Assembly (NCBI GenBank): GCA_035647615.1
Contig: DASRND010000008.1
Coordinates: forward strand, 45,565-109,564
DNA from: Bacteroidales bacterium
Lineage (GTDB): Bacteria; Bacteroidota; Bacteroidia; Bacteroidales; 4484-276
Reading direction: 5' to 3'
Length of the DNA stretch: 64,000 nucleotides
Under the pieces are notes generated by a model. The model did not search any database and was not told where the DNA came from. It saw only the letters and a list, made by a program, of their open reading frames with translations. Below are positions 55,762 through 64,000 of the stretch, one piece after another. How positions within the stretch are numbered: the first letter of the stretch is position 1; each line of letters opens with the position of its first letter. A program made the translations under genes and the position numbers.

Positions 55762-57597
55762 ATGATGACAGTAGAATATAGTGATGATCTGGTACGCTCG
55801 CTCGAATGGAACGAGCACATACAAACGCGCCCCGGCATGTACATTGGCAAGCTGGGCGACGGCTCCTCGCAGGACGATGGCATTTATGTATTAATAAAAG
55901 AAATCCTCGACAACTCCATTGATGAATTTGTGATGGGCAACGGACGGCGCATCGATGTAAACATCGACGATCGCAAGGTGAGCATCCGCGACTACGGGCG
56001 CGGCATACCGCTCGGCAAGGTGGTGGATTGTGTAGCCAAAATCAACACCGGCGCCAAATACGATAGCAAGGTTTTTAAAAAATCGGTAGGTTTGAATGGC
56101 GTGGGCGCCAAAGCGGTAAATGCGCTATCGTCGTTTTTTATGGCCCAATCGGTGCGCGAAAACAAGACCAAAATTGTAGAATTTAGCGGCGGAGTAAAAA
56201 CAAAGGAAGATCCACTTGCCGACACCACCGAGCGCGACGGAACCATCATCACCTTTGTGCCCGACACCAAATATTTCGGCAACTTTCATTTTATTCCTGA
56301 ATATGTAGAGAAACTCTTGTGGAACTATGTTTTCCTCAACAACGGGCTGAGCATCTATTACAATGGAGAACGGTTTTTTGCTAAAAATGGCCTGCACGAT
56401 CTTTTGGAACGCAACATAAATGGCGATGCGATCTATCCGATCATCCATCTCAAAGAGGACGATCTGGAGTTTGCCTTTACCCACATGAACAATCAGTATG
56501 GTGAGGAATACCATTCGTTTGTGAACGGACAAAATACCACGCAGGGTGGCACCCACCAGGCTGCTTTCCGCGAAGCCATCGTAAAAACCATGCGCGAGTT
56601 TTATAAAAAAGATTTCGAGCCCGGCGATGTGCGAGCTTCCATCGTGGTTGCGTTGAGCATCAAAGTACAGGAGCCTATATTTGAGTCGCAAACCAAGACA
56701 AAGCTTGGCTCTCAATACCTGGAGCCCGACGGACAAACTGTTCGCAACTACGTGATGGACATTGTAACACGCAACCTTGACAACTATCTTCACAAGAATC
56801 CCGCAATCGCCGAGACTATCTTACAGAAAATCCTCAGCAGCGAGAAAGAACGTAAAGACATCGCCGGTATCAAAAAACTGGCTCGGGAGAGTGTTAAGAA
56901 AGCCAGTCTGCACAACAAAAAGCTGCGCGACTGCCGGGTGCATTACAACCAAAACCACGACCGGCGCCTGGAAACAACGCTCTTTATCACCGAGGGCGAT
57001 TCGGCCAGCGGCTCCATTACCAAAAGCCGCGACGTGAATACCCAGGCGGTATTCTCGCTCAAGGGAAAACCGCTCAACTCCTACGGCATGACCAAAAAGA
57101 TCGTTTACCAAAACGAGGAATTCAACCTGCTGCAGGCTGCGCTCAACATCGACGAAGACCTTGAAAATCTACGCTACAACAACATCGTTGTCGCCACCGA
57201 TGCCGACGTCGACGGCATGCACATCCGCCTGCTGCTGCTCACCTTTTTCCTGCAGTATTATCCCGACCTGGTGAAATCAGGCCACCTGTACATCCTGCAA
57301 ACACCGCTGTTCAGGGTGCGCAACAAGAAAGAAACCATCTATTGCTACTCGGAAGAGGAGCGCGTGCAGGCACTCAAAAAGCTGGGGGTTAACCCTGAGA
57401 TTACCCGCTTCAAAGGGCTGGGTGAGATTTCGCCCGACGAGTTCAAACACTTTATCGGCGGCTCTATGCGCCTCGATCCGGTGATACTAAAAAAAGGTCA
57501 GCCGTTGGGCGACATGCTGTCGTTTTATATGGGTAAAAACACCCCCGACCGCCAGAGCTTTATCATCGATAATCTGAAATATGAGGAGGTGATGTAG
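55762..57597 (+). CDS. parE: DNA topoisomerase IV subunit B (type IIA topoisomerase ATPase subunit)
   Basis: [16 protein letters not shown], the GHKL ATPase motifs ([27 protein letters not shown]), the Toprim EGDSA, and PLRGK-like SLKGKPLN are present. At 611 aa it lacks the GyrB insert or tail, consistent with ParE in Bacteroidota. Confidence 0.88.
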   Translation: MMTVEYSDDLVRSLEWNEHIQTRPGMYIGKLGDGSSQDDGIYVLIKEILDNSIDEFVMGNGRRIDVNIDDRKVSIRDYGRGIPLGKVVDCVAKINTGAKYDSKVFKKSVGLNGVGAKAVNALSSFFMAQSVRENKTKIVEFSGGVKTKEDPLADTTERDGTIITFVPDTKYFGNFHFIPEYVEKLLWNYVFLNNGLSIYYNGERFFAKNGLHDLLERNINGDAIYPIIHLKEDDLEFAFTHMNNQYGEEYHSFVNGQNTTQGGTHQAAFREAIVKTMREFYKKDFEPGDVRASIVVALSIKVQEPIFESQTKTKLGSQYLEPDGQTVRNYVMDIVTRNLDNYLHKNPAIAETILQKILSSEKERKDIAGIKKLARESVKKASLHNKKLRDCRVHYNQNHDRRLETTLFITEGDSASGSITKSRDVNTQAVFSLKGKPLNSYGMTKKIVYQNEEFNLLQAALNIDEDLENLRYNNIVVATDADVDGMHIRLLLLTFFLQYYPDLVKSGHLYILQTPLFRVRNKKETIYCYSEEERVQALKKLGVNPEITRFKGLGEISPDEFKHFIGGSMRLDPVILKKGQPLGDMLSFYMGKNTPDRQSFIIDNLKYEEVM

Positions 57598-57725
57598 AAG
57601 GGAGAGGTTAGAGCAAATTGACGACTTTTGACCGACTAACATTTATTGAGTTTTCGCCCCAACGGGACGAAATTATTGCCGGTTAACAATTAACGATTGC
57701 CGATTAACGAATGGATAACGTTGCT

Positions 57726-59132
57726 TTATTCCAAAATGGTTTTTTGTGTCAGCATTTTTGAACCGGAGACAACATTCAGAAGATAAACACCACGTGGCCA
57801 TCGGCTCGTTGGTATTGTTATCTCAGCATCTTTTTCGGTCATCTCCAAAATCAATTTCCCTGTAATATCCATTATTTTAATATCCAGCTCCAACTCCTGG
57901 CTGTTTTGGATGCGCAGAAAATCTCGGGCAGGATTGGGCGAAACGGAAACGCCTTCGGGCTGCTGCTGCTCATGGATGCTGCTCCAACCAAAAGGTGCTC
58001 TTGACCGGTAAATCTGCCAATGGCCATCTGTGTATGCTTCCCAGATAAGATACCCCCAACTAAAATTATCCCCACCAGACTCACCCAGGAAAAATTTCGG
58101 ATTGCGGCATTCAGTTCCTAAGTTGCTAAGCTGAAAATATTCATTCCCGCCAAAATATATATTATTCATAAAAATCTCACGCGCACCTGCTGTGTCGTGG
58201 ATAAAAGCACAATAGTAGAGTTCGGGATCATAGCCTTTCACAGCTATCCATGTGGAAAAAGCATCGTAATCGAAAATGGTGTCACTTTCTATCTCTAATT
58301 GATATTCATCATCCATACCCCACGACCTGCGAACATTATTAATGTACCATTTTTCGGCCGCTTTGTAGGTAAATGAAACCCATCCATCATTCATTTCAAA
58401 AGTGGTTCCTCCCAGAGTAGAAATCTCCTTCTCAGTTTTTAATATTTGTGGATCACTCCAATTATAGCCATAGGTCATTGATGACATCATCAGTGAGGTA
58501 GAATCATTATTTGGCCACAGCCAATAAACCTGGTCCTTCTGGACGACTATGTCAGTAATCTCACCGGTGAATACCGTATCCGGAACGCTAAAAGAAACAT
58601 CTCCGCCACTATTGATCGGGTGAAAAGTCAGCACATGTCCATTGGAATGGTATGCCATAATAGAGTTATCATAGTAAGCGTAAGTGAAGAGGTTATTAAC
58701 ATTTCCTTCGGTAGCAAATGGAACCGGTAATGACTGACCGCCATCAGAGGCAATTTTTATGTAGTACAAATCAGTTTTCTCTCCGACAGCCTTTTCATAA
58801 AATACTACCCCAATCGTATCTTGGGGAAAGTACCACCAAGAATGGTACAGCTGAGGATTTTGGTAACGCACTCCCTCGTCGGCTATCAATGTCACGGGAG
58901 GATCGTTGGAGAGATACCTCCAATAAACAATGGCTGTAGATTCAGGATCGGTTTGCTGTTCCCAAATTAATAAATATCCTAATTCCTGCGCCGCGTATCC
59001 CATTACAGCATTTTGTTTGTCGTAATCATTCACGAAAAAGGGCACGGGTTCATCGAAGTTCTGGCTTTTTGCATTGTCGGTAAACGCCAGCAATACCAGC
59101 AAGAAAGTAAAGGTTCGTAATAAAGTTTTCAT
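57726..59132 (-). CDS. Uncharacterised secreted protein with T9SS C-terminal sorting domain (paralog 1 of a tandem pair)
   Basis: It has a signal peptide (MKTLLRTFTFLLVLLAFTDNAKSQ). The body has recurring W.E....DG.WQIY-like strands suggesting a beta-propeller. The CTD is VSVSPNPARDFLRIQN...RGVYLLNVVSG. Confidence 0.8.
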   Translation of the reverse strand: MKTLLRTFTFLLVLLAFTDNAKSQNFDEPVPFFVNDYDKQNAVMGYAAQELGYLLIWEQQTDPESTAIVYWRYLSNDPPVTLIADEGVRYQNPQLYHSWWYFPQDTIGVVFYEKAVGEKTDLYYIKIASDGGQSLPVPFATEGNVNNLFTYAYYDNSIMAYHSNGHVLTFHPINSGGDVSFSVPDTVFTGEITDIVVQKDQVYWLWPNNDSTSLMMSSMTYGYNWSDPQILKTEKEISTLGGTTFEMNDGWVSFTYKAAEKWYINNVRRSWGMDDEYQLEIESDTIFDYDAFSTWIAVKGYDPELYYCAFIHDTAGAREIFMNNIYFGGNEYFQLSNLGTECRNPKFFLGESGGDNFSWGYLIWEAYTDGHWQIYRSRAPFGWSSIHEQQQPEGVSVSPNPARDFLRIQNSQELELDIKIMDITGKLILEMTEKDAEITIPTSRWPRGVYLLNVVSGSKMLTQKTILE

Positions 59133-59168
59133 TTGTCTTAAGTTTTTATGATTAAAAAATCAACCTAC

Positions 59169-60566
59169 TTATTCCACTACAATCTTCTGCGTAAGTCGTT
59201 TAGCTCCAGCGGTAGCACTCAAAATATACACGCCGCGTGGCCATTGGCTTGTAGCAACTGAGAACTCTGCGTCACCACCCGCTGTTTCAAAAATCAGCCT
59301 TCCACTAATATCCATTATTTTAATAACCAGCGCCAACTCCTGGCTGTTTTGGATGCGCAGAAAATCACGGGCAGGATTGGGCGAAACCGAAACGCCTTCG
59401 GGCTGCTGCTGCTCATGGATGCCTCCCCAGACAAAAGGCGCCCTTGATCGGTAAATTTGCCAATGACCATCCACGTAGGCTTCCCAAACAATGTAGCCCC
59501 ACCACGAAGAATAATCAATCGGGTCGCCCAGATAAAATTTCGGGTTGCGACATTCTGTTCCTAAAAAGGTCAGTTGGAAATACTCATTGCCACCCCAATA
59601 TGCATTATTGAGGAACACTTCGCGCGCTCCCGCTGTGTCTTTGATGTAGGCACAATAATACAAGTCAGGATTATCTCCTTTCACAGCAATCCATGTAGCA
59701 AAAGCATCATAATCGAAAATGCTGTCGCTTTCAAAATCCAGTTGGAATTCATCAACCATACCCCACAATGGTAAAATATTATTTATGTGCCACTTTTCGG
59801 CAGATTTGTATGTGTAAGAAATCCATCCTGCATTTTGCATAAAAGTAGTCCCTCCTATCGTGCTGATCTCCTTTTCTGTCTTTAGCACCACGGGTTCCGC
59901 CCATGGATTATAATTTCCCGACATCATCAGTGAGGTGGAGTCGTCGTGACGCGCCAGCCAGAAAAGCTGGCCAAAAGTGGTTTTTATGTCAGTAATCTCA
60001 CCCGTAAATATCGTGTCGGGTGTGCTAAACGAAGGTATGCCACCAATTTGCTTTTCATAAAAAGTCAGCAGGTGCCCATTGGAATGATAGGCTAACCAAT
60101 TATCATTGTATGAAAGAGCCAACAGATTGTTCGTATTGCCCTCGGTGGCTAATGCGTAAGGTGCAGATTGTCCGCCATCGGGAGCCAGCTTTATGTAATA
60201 AAGTCCGGTGGTTTCGCCAACAACCTTTTCATAAAAAATAATCCCTGTCGAATCATTGAGATTTCCGTAGTGTGAATAATACAACTGCGGATTGCGGTAA
60301 TGCACACCCTCGTCGGCTATCAAAGTTACGGGAGGATTGGGCGACCGATAGCTCAAATAAGCAATGGCCGTGGAAGCCGAATCGGTTTGCTGTTCGTACA
60401 CAAGCAGCCATCCTAAATAGTCGGCAGCATAACCCAAGACAGCGTTTTGTTTATCGTAATCATCCGTGACAAACGGTTCGACCCCGTCGAAAAACTGGCT
60501 TTTTGCTTTGTTGGTAAAAACCAGCATCACCAGCAGGATGAAAAAGGCTTTTAATAATGTTTTCAT
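59169..60566 (-). CDS. Uncharacterised secreted protein with T9SS C-terminal sorting domain (paralog 2 of a tandem pair)
   Basis: 465 aa and collinear with 57726-59132, at roughly two-thirds amino-acid identity by eye. It has the same signal peptide style and the same CTD. Confidence 0.8.
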   Translation of the reverse strand: MKTLLKAFFILLVMLVFTNKAKSQFFDGVEPFVTDDYDKQNAVLGYAADYLGWLLVYEQQTDSASTAIAYLSYRSPNPPVTLIADEGVHYRNPQLYYSHYGNLNDSTGIIFYEKVVGETTGLYYIKLAPDGGQSAPYALATEGNTNNLLALSYNDNWLAYHSNGHLLTFYEKQIGGIPSFSTPDTIFTGEITDIKTTFGQLFWLARHDDSTSLMMSGNYNPWAEPVVLKTEKEISTIGGTTFMQNAGWISYTYKSAEKWHINNILPLWGMVDEFQLDFESDSIFDYDAFATWIAVKGDNPDLYYCAYIKDTAGAREVFLNNAYWGGNEYFQLTFLGTECRNPKFYLGDPIDYSSWWGYIVWEAYVDGHWQIYRSRAPFVWGGIHEQQQPEGVSVSPNPARDFLRIQNSQELALVIKIMDISGRLIFETAGGDAEFSVATSQWPRGVYILSATAGAKRLTQKIVVE

Positions 60567-60724
60567 AGCGCTAAGTTTTTAAGTTTTTGTTTTGAAAAGG
60601 AAAGTCTATACAAAGGAAAAAAAAATCGGATATAAAAACAAAAACCTGGGAGTTTTTTTTCAATTAAAGATTTGGCGTCAATTGAAATATGATTTATTGT
60701 GTTTTGAAATTTGTCCGCTATGGC

Positions 60725-60813
60725 GTTTGGACGAGGTTGTACCTCTGTAGCTGATGTCTGGTGTTTGGACGAGGCTGCGCCTCGTCCGGCCTATTTTTAC
60801 AGGCTGCGCCTGT
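60725..60813 (+). repeat. R1 double-hairpin repeat, 1.5 copies
   Basis: A half copy, gtttggacgaggttgtacctctgtagc, lies at 60725-60751. A full copy, gtttggacgaggctgcgcctcgtccggcctatttttacaggctgcgcctgt, lies at 60763-60813. Confidence 0.8.
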
Positions 60814-60840
60814 TATACTTCGTCAATCGCGATTCCAAAT

Positions 60841-60922
60841 TGATTTCGCCCCTTTGGGGCTTCTTCATTTCGCCAATTACTATCATAGCGCTGTGCGCTA
60901 TGCTAATGATTTCGCCCCTTTG
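60841..60922 (+). repeat. 17-nt direct repeat pair (tgatttcgcccctttgg) flanking an 8-bp hairpin
   Basis: Identical 17-mers lie at 60841-60857 and 60906-60922. The hairpin catagcgc-tgt-gcgctatg lies between them. Confidence 0.75.
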
Positions 60923-61075
60923 GACTTTAATTCAAAATTCAAACTACGATTTTTGTCATTCAATTGCATTTCAAGACGCACGGCCGTGCGTCTCTACATT
61001 CCATATCATTTGGCATTCGTTAATCGAAAATTGTTAATCGTTATTCGTAAATCAACAATCGTAAATCGCCCTTCG

Positions 61076-64000
61076 CTACATATTTCTCCGGTACTGCCCT
61101 CCCACTCTGAAAAGTGCATCGGTGATCTGTCCCAGCGAAGCGTGTTTGGTAACTTCCATCAGCGCGTCGAACATATTTTGGTTGTCGATGGCCTGCTGCC
61201 GCAGCATCTTCAGGCTTTCCTCAGCTTCGGCCGGCCAGGTTTTGTGCAGTTGTTCGAGCATCATTATCTGATATTCTTTTTCGGTGGTGGTGGCGCGGAT
61301 TACCTCGCCGGGCAGCACCGTTGGCGAACCCGTGGAAGAGAGGAAAGTGTTGACGCCCATTATCGGCAACTTGCCGCTGTGCTTCATCGATTCGTAATAA
61401 AGCGACTCATCCTGAATCTTGCCGCGCTGGTACATGGTTTCCATGGCGCCAAGCACGCCTCCCCGTTCGGTGATGCGGTCGAACTCGCTCAGCACAGCTT
61501 CTTCCACCAGCTCCGTAAGTTCCTCGATGATGAAAGAACCTTGCAACGGGTTTTGGTTTTTGGCCAATCCCAACTCGTGATTGATGATCATTTGTATAGC
61601 AATGGCACGGCGCACCGAAGCTTCGGTAGGCGTGGTGATAGCTTCATCAAAAGCATTTGTGTGAAGCGAATTGCAGTTGTCGTAGATCGCATAAAGTGCC
61701 TGCAGCGTGGTGCGGATGTCGTTGAAATCTATTTCCTGCGCATGGAGCGAGCGACCGGACGTCTGGATATGGTATTTCAGCTTTTGCGAACGATCGTCTG
61801 CATCATATTTCAGCTTCATGGCTTTGGCCCAGATCAAACGCGCCACGCGGCCCAGCACTGAATATTCGGCATCGATGCCATTAGAAAAGAAAAACGAAAG
61901 ATTAGGTGCAAATTTGTTGAAGTCCATGCCGCGGCTGGCATAATATTCTACGTAAGTAAAACCATTGGCCAGCGTAAAAGCCAGTTGTGTGATGGGATTG
62001 GCGCCAGCTTCGGCGATATGGTAGCCCGAAATACTCACCGAGTAGAAATTGCGTACATTATTGTCGATAAAATATTGCTGCACGTCGCCCATGAGTTTGA
62101 GCGAAAAATCGGTGGAGAGGATACAGGTGTTTTGTGCCTGGTCTTCTTTGAGTATGTCGGCCTGCACAGTGCCGCGAACACGGCTTATTGTATCTTTTTT
62201 GATGCGCTGATAAACCTCGGCGGGAAGTGCCTGGTCGCCGGTGATGCCAAGCAGCATCAGCCCCAGTCCGTCATTGCCTGCTGGCAGTTCGCCCTGATAA
62301 GATGGTCGTTGTGTTCCACGTTTTTTATAAAGGTCGGCGATTTTCTTTTCCACCTCTTTTTCCATACCGTTTTTACGGATATAAATTTCACATTGCTGAT
62401 CGATGGCGGCATTCATAAAAAATCCTACCAAAGTAGGCGCTGGCCCGTTGATGGTCATCGAGACGCTGGTTTTGGCATCCACCAGATTAAAACCCGAATA
62501 GAGTTTCTTGGCATCGTCGAGGCAGCAAATCGAAACGCCCGAGTTGCCAACCTTTCCGTAGATGTCGGGGCGTCGTGCCGGATCGTGGCCATACAACGTC
62601 ACCGAATCGAAAGCCGTAGAAAGCCGCCGCGCGGGCATGCCAAACGAAACGTAATGAAACCGTTTGTTGGTGCGTTCGGGACCGCCTTCGCCGGCAAACA
62701 TGCGCGTGGGGTCTTCGCCCTCGCGCTTAAACGGAAATACGCCAGCAGCAAAAGGGAATTCGCCAGGCACATTTTCGCGCAGGTTCCATTTTAAAATATC
62801 GCCCCACGCCGTATATTGCGGCAGCGAAATTTTAGGCACCTGCAGGTGCGACAGCGTTTCGGTGTGCGTCTCCACGCATATTTCGCTTTCGCGAACGGTG
62901 TAACAGAACATTTTTTCACGCAACAACCTGCGTTTTTCGCTCCATGTTTCCAAAACCTTTCTGTTGTGCGGATCGAGATTCAAATCGATTTCGTCATAAA
63001 CCTTCTGAAGGTTTTCGGCAGCAGCCTCATCACCTTTTTGTTTTAATATGCTAATGCTTTCGTGAAAGGCAAAAAGCTGTTGCGCAATGTTGCCTTGCTT
63101 TTCGACCCATTTATTATACCGCCGAACGGTTTCCGAAATTTCAGAAAGATAGCGTACACGTGCCGGCGGGATGATGTGGATTTTCTCCGACATCTCCTGC
63201 CCTACCTGCATTTTGGTTTCCAAAGGAGCACCAGTCTTTTCGACGATGAGGTGCATCAACGCGCGGTAAAGTTCGTTGGTGCCCGGATCGTTGAACTGAG
63301 AAGCAATAGAACCGTAAACCGGCATGGTGGCAGGACTTTCGTCGAAGCGCATGTGGTTGCGCTGGTATTGTTTTTTTACATCGCGCAAAGCATCGGGGGC
63401 ACCGCGTTTATCAAATTTATTGAGGGCGATGATGTCGGCAAAATCGAGCATATCAATTTTTTCGAGCTGGGTAGCTGCGCCATATTCGGGCGTCATTACG
63501 TACATCGAAACATCGCTATGATCGACAATTGAAGTATCGCTTTGGCCGATGCCGGAAGTTTCGAGGAAGATCAGATCGAAGCCGGCAAGTTTCAAGATGC
63601 AAACGGCGTCGCGGACATAGCGCGAAAGTGTGAGATTGCTTTGACGCGTGGCCAGGGAGCGCATATATACGCGCGGATTGCTGATGGAGTTCATGCGGAT
63701 ACGGTCGCCAAGCAGAGCACCGCCGGTCTTGCGTTTGGAAGGATCGACTGAGATGATGCCGAGGGTTTTGTCGGGGAAATCGTCGAGAAAGCGCCGTACA
63801 ATTTCATCGATAAGCGACGACTTGCCCGAACCACCAGTGCCAGTGATGCCCAGCACAGGCGTGGTCTGGTCGCATCCGGCCGTGATTTCTTCAAGAAAAC
63901 TCACGGTGCTCTCCGGGAAGTTTTCTACAGCCGAAATAACCTGCGAGATGTGCAGCACATCTTTCTGCTTGATTTTATCAATATCAGGTTTCACATTTTT
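61076..64000 (-). CDS. icmF: Fused isobutyryl-CoA mutase-type protein (IcmF-like: MeaB G-protein domain + B12-dependent acyl-CoA mutase catalytic domain); N-terminal part outside the window
   Basis: The frame remains open to base 64000. The MeaB-like P-loop [22 protein letters not shown] and NKFD are followed by a mutase TIM-barrel region ([29 protein letters not shown]...). The expected N-terminal B12-binding domain is not in the window. Confidence 0.88.
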   Translation of the reverse strand, partial: KNVKPDIDKIKQKDVLHISQVISAVENFPESTVSFLEEITAGCDQTTPVLGITGTGGSGKSSLIDEIVRRFLDDFPDKTLGIISVDPSKRKTGGALLGDRIRMNSISNPRVYMRSLATRQSNLTLSRYVRDAVCILKLAGFDLIFLETSGIGQSDTSIVDHSDVSMYVMTPEYGAATQLEKIDMLDFADIIALNKFDKRGAPDALRDVKKQYQRNHMRFDESPATMPVYGSIASQFNDPGTNELYRALMHLIVEKTGAPLETKMQVGQEMSEKIHIIPPARVRYLSEISETVRRYNKWVEKQGNIAQQLFAFHESISILKQKGDEAAAENLQKVYDEIDLNLDPHNRKVLETWSEKRRLLREKMFCYTVRESEICVETHTETLSHLQVPKISLPQYTAWGDILKWNLRENVPGEFPFAAGVFPFKREGEDPTRMFAGEGGPERTNKRFHYVSFGMPARRLSTAFDSVTLYGHDPARRPDIYGKVGNSGVSICCLDDAKKLYSGFNLVDAKTSVSMTINGPAPTLVGFFMNAAIDQQCEIYIRKNGMEKEVEKKIADLYKKRGTQRPSYQGELPAGNDGLGLMLLGITGDQALPAEVYQRIKKDTISRVRGTVQADILKEDQAQNTCILSTDFSLKLMGDVQQYFIDNNVRNFYSVSISGYHIAEAGANPITQLAFTLANGFTYVEYYASRGMDFNKFAPNLSFFFSNGIDAEYSVLGRVARLIWAKAMKLKYDADDRSQKLKYHIQTSGRSLHAQEIDFNDIRTTLQALYAIYDNCNSLHTNAFDEAITTPTEASVRRAIAIQMIINHELGLAKNQNPLQGSFIIEELTELVEEAVLSEFDRITERGGVLGAMETMYQRGKIQDESLYYESMKHSGKLPIMGVNTFLSSTGSPTVLPGEVIRATTTEKEYQIMMLEQLHKTWPAEAEESLKMLRQQAIDNQNMFDALMEVTKHASLGQITDALFRVGGQYRRNM

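Noticed and set aside
60761-61861. A 366-aa ORF on the + strand, plus the overlapping 108-aa ORF at 60711-61037
   Set aside because: The N-terminal part translates the R1/R3 repeat elements (GRGCASSG..., FAPLGLL). The remainder is antisense to the strongly supported icmF-like gene and has low-complexity, Arg/His-rich composition typical of antisense frames.

Overview
This window looks like a mostly housekeeping chromosomal segment of a Bacteroidota genome. The evidence is T9SS/Por C-terminal sorting domains on several secreted proteins, a gliding-motility type-B C-terminal domain, a V-type ATPase operon containing DUF2764, BT_3928-like/DUF1599/folP and DUF4199/GT2 synteny, and repeated TAnnTTTG -7 promoter boxes. 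I can support about 53 protein genes. They include clpB, a WtpABC-type tungstate/molybdate importer, folP, a GT2/GT4/GHMP-kinase envelope cluster, apbE, rpsF-rpsR-rplI, mnmE, a YdiJ-like FAD/Fe-S oxidoreductase, an LtaS-like sulfatase with a lipid kinase, two racemases, dapA, nnr, the V-ATPase E-(DUF2764)-A-B-D-I-K operon, parE, and a 5-prime-truncated IcmF-type fused mutase. There is one RNA gene, a small SRP RNA on the minus strand at about 13748-13845. I found no rRNA, tRNA, CRISPR array, transposase, integrase or recognisable defence system, and I cannot honestly claim a clear novel multi-gene system. The points most worth a second look are: (1) an uncharacterised two-domain lipoprotein inside the tungstate/molybdate ABC operon; (2) a tandem pair of uncharacterised T9SS cargo paralogs with a near-identical 3-prime tract, in a 3.4-kb segment bracketed by inverted repeats; (3) intergenic regions unusually rich in short repeat families, including a 51-nt double-hairpin element in at least three full copies, a GTCGAA(A/G)CCAGC element, inverted GGAATTTGGAA arrays, 8-nt word repeats and a 27-nt tandem array between divergent promoters; (4) a DUF3332-like lipoprotein gene embedded in the V-ATPase operon; and (5) a racemase-racemase-GNAT cluster. 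All family assignments come from reading the translated motifs by eye. No database search was run.
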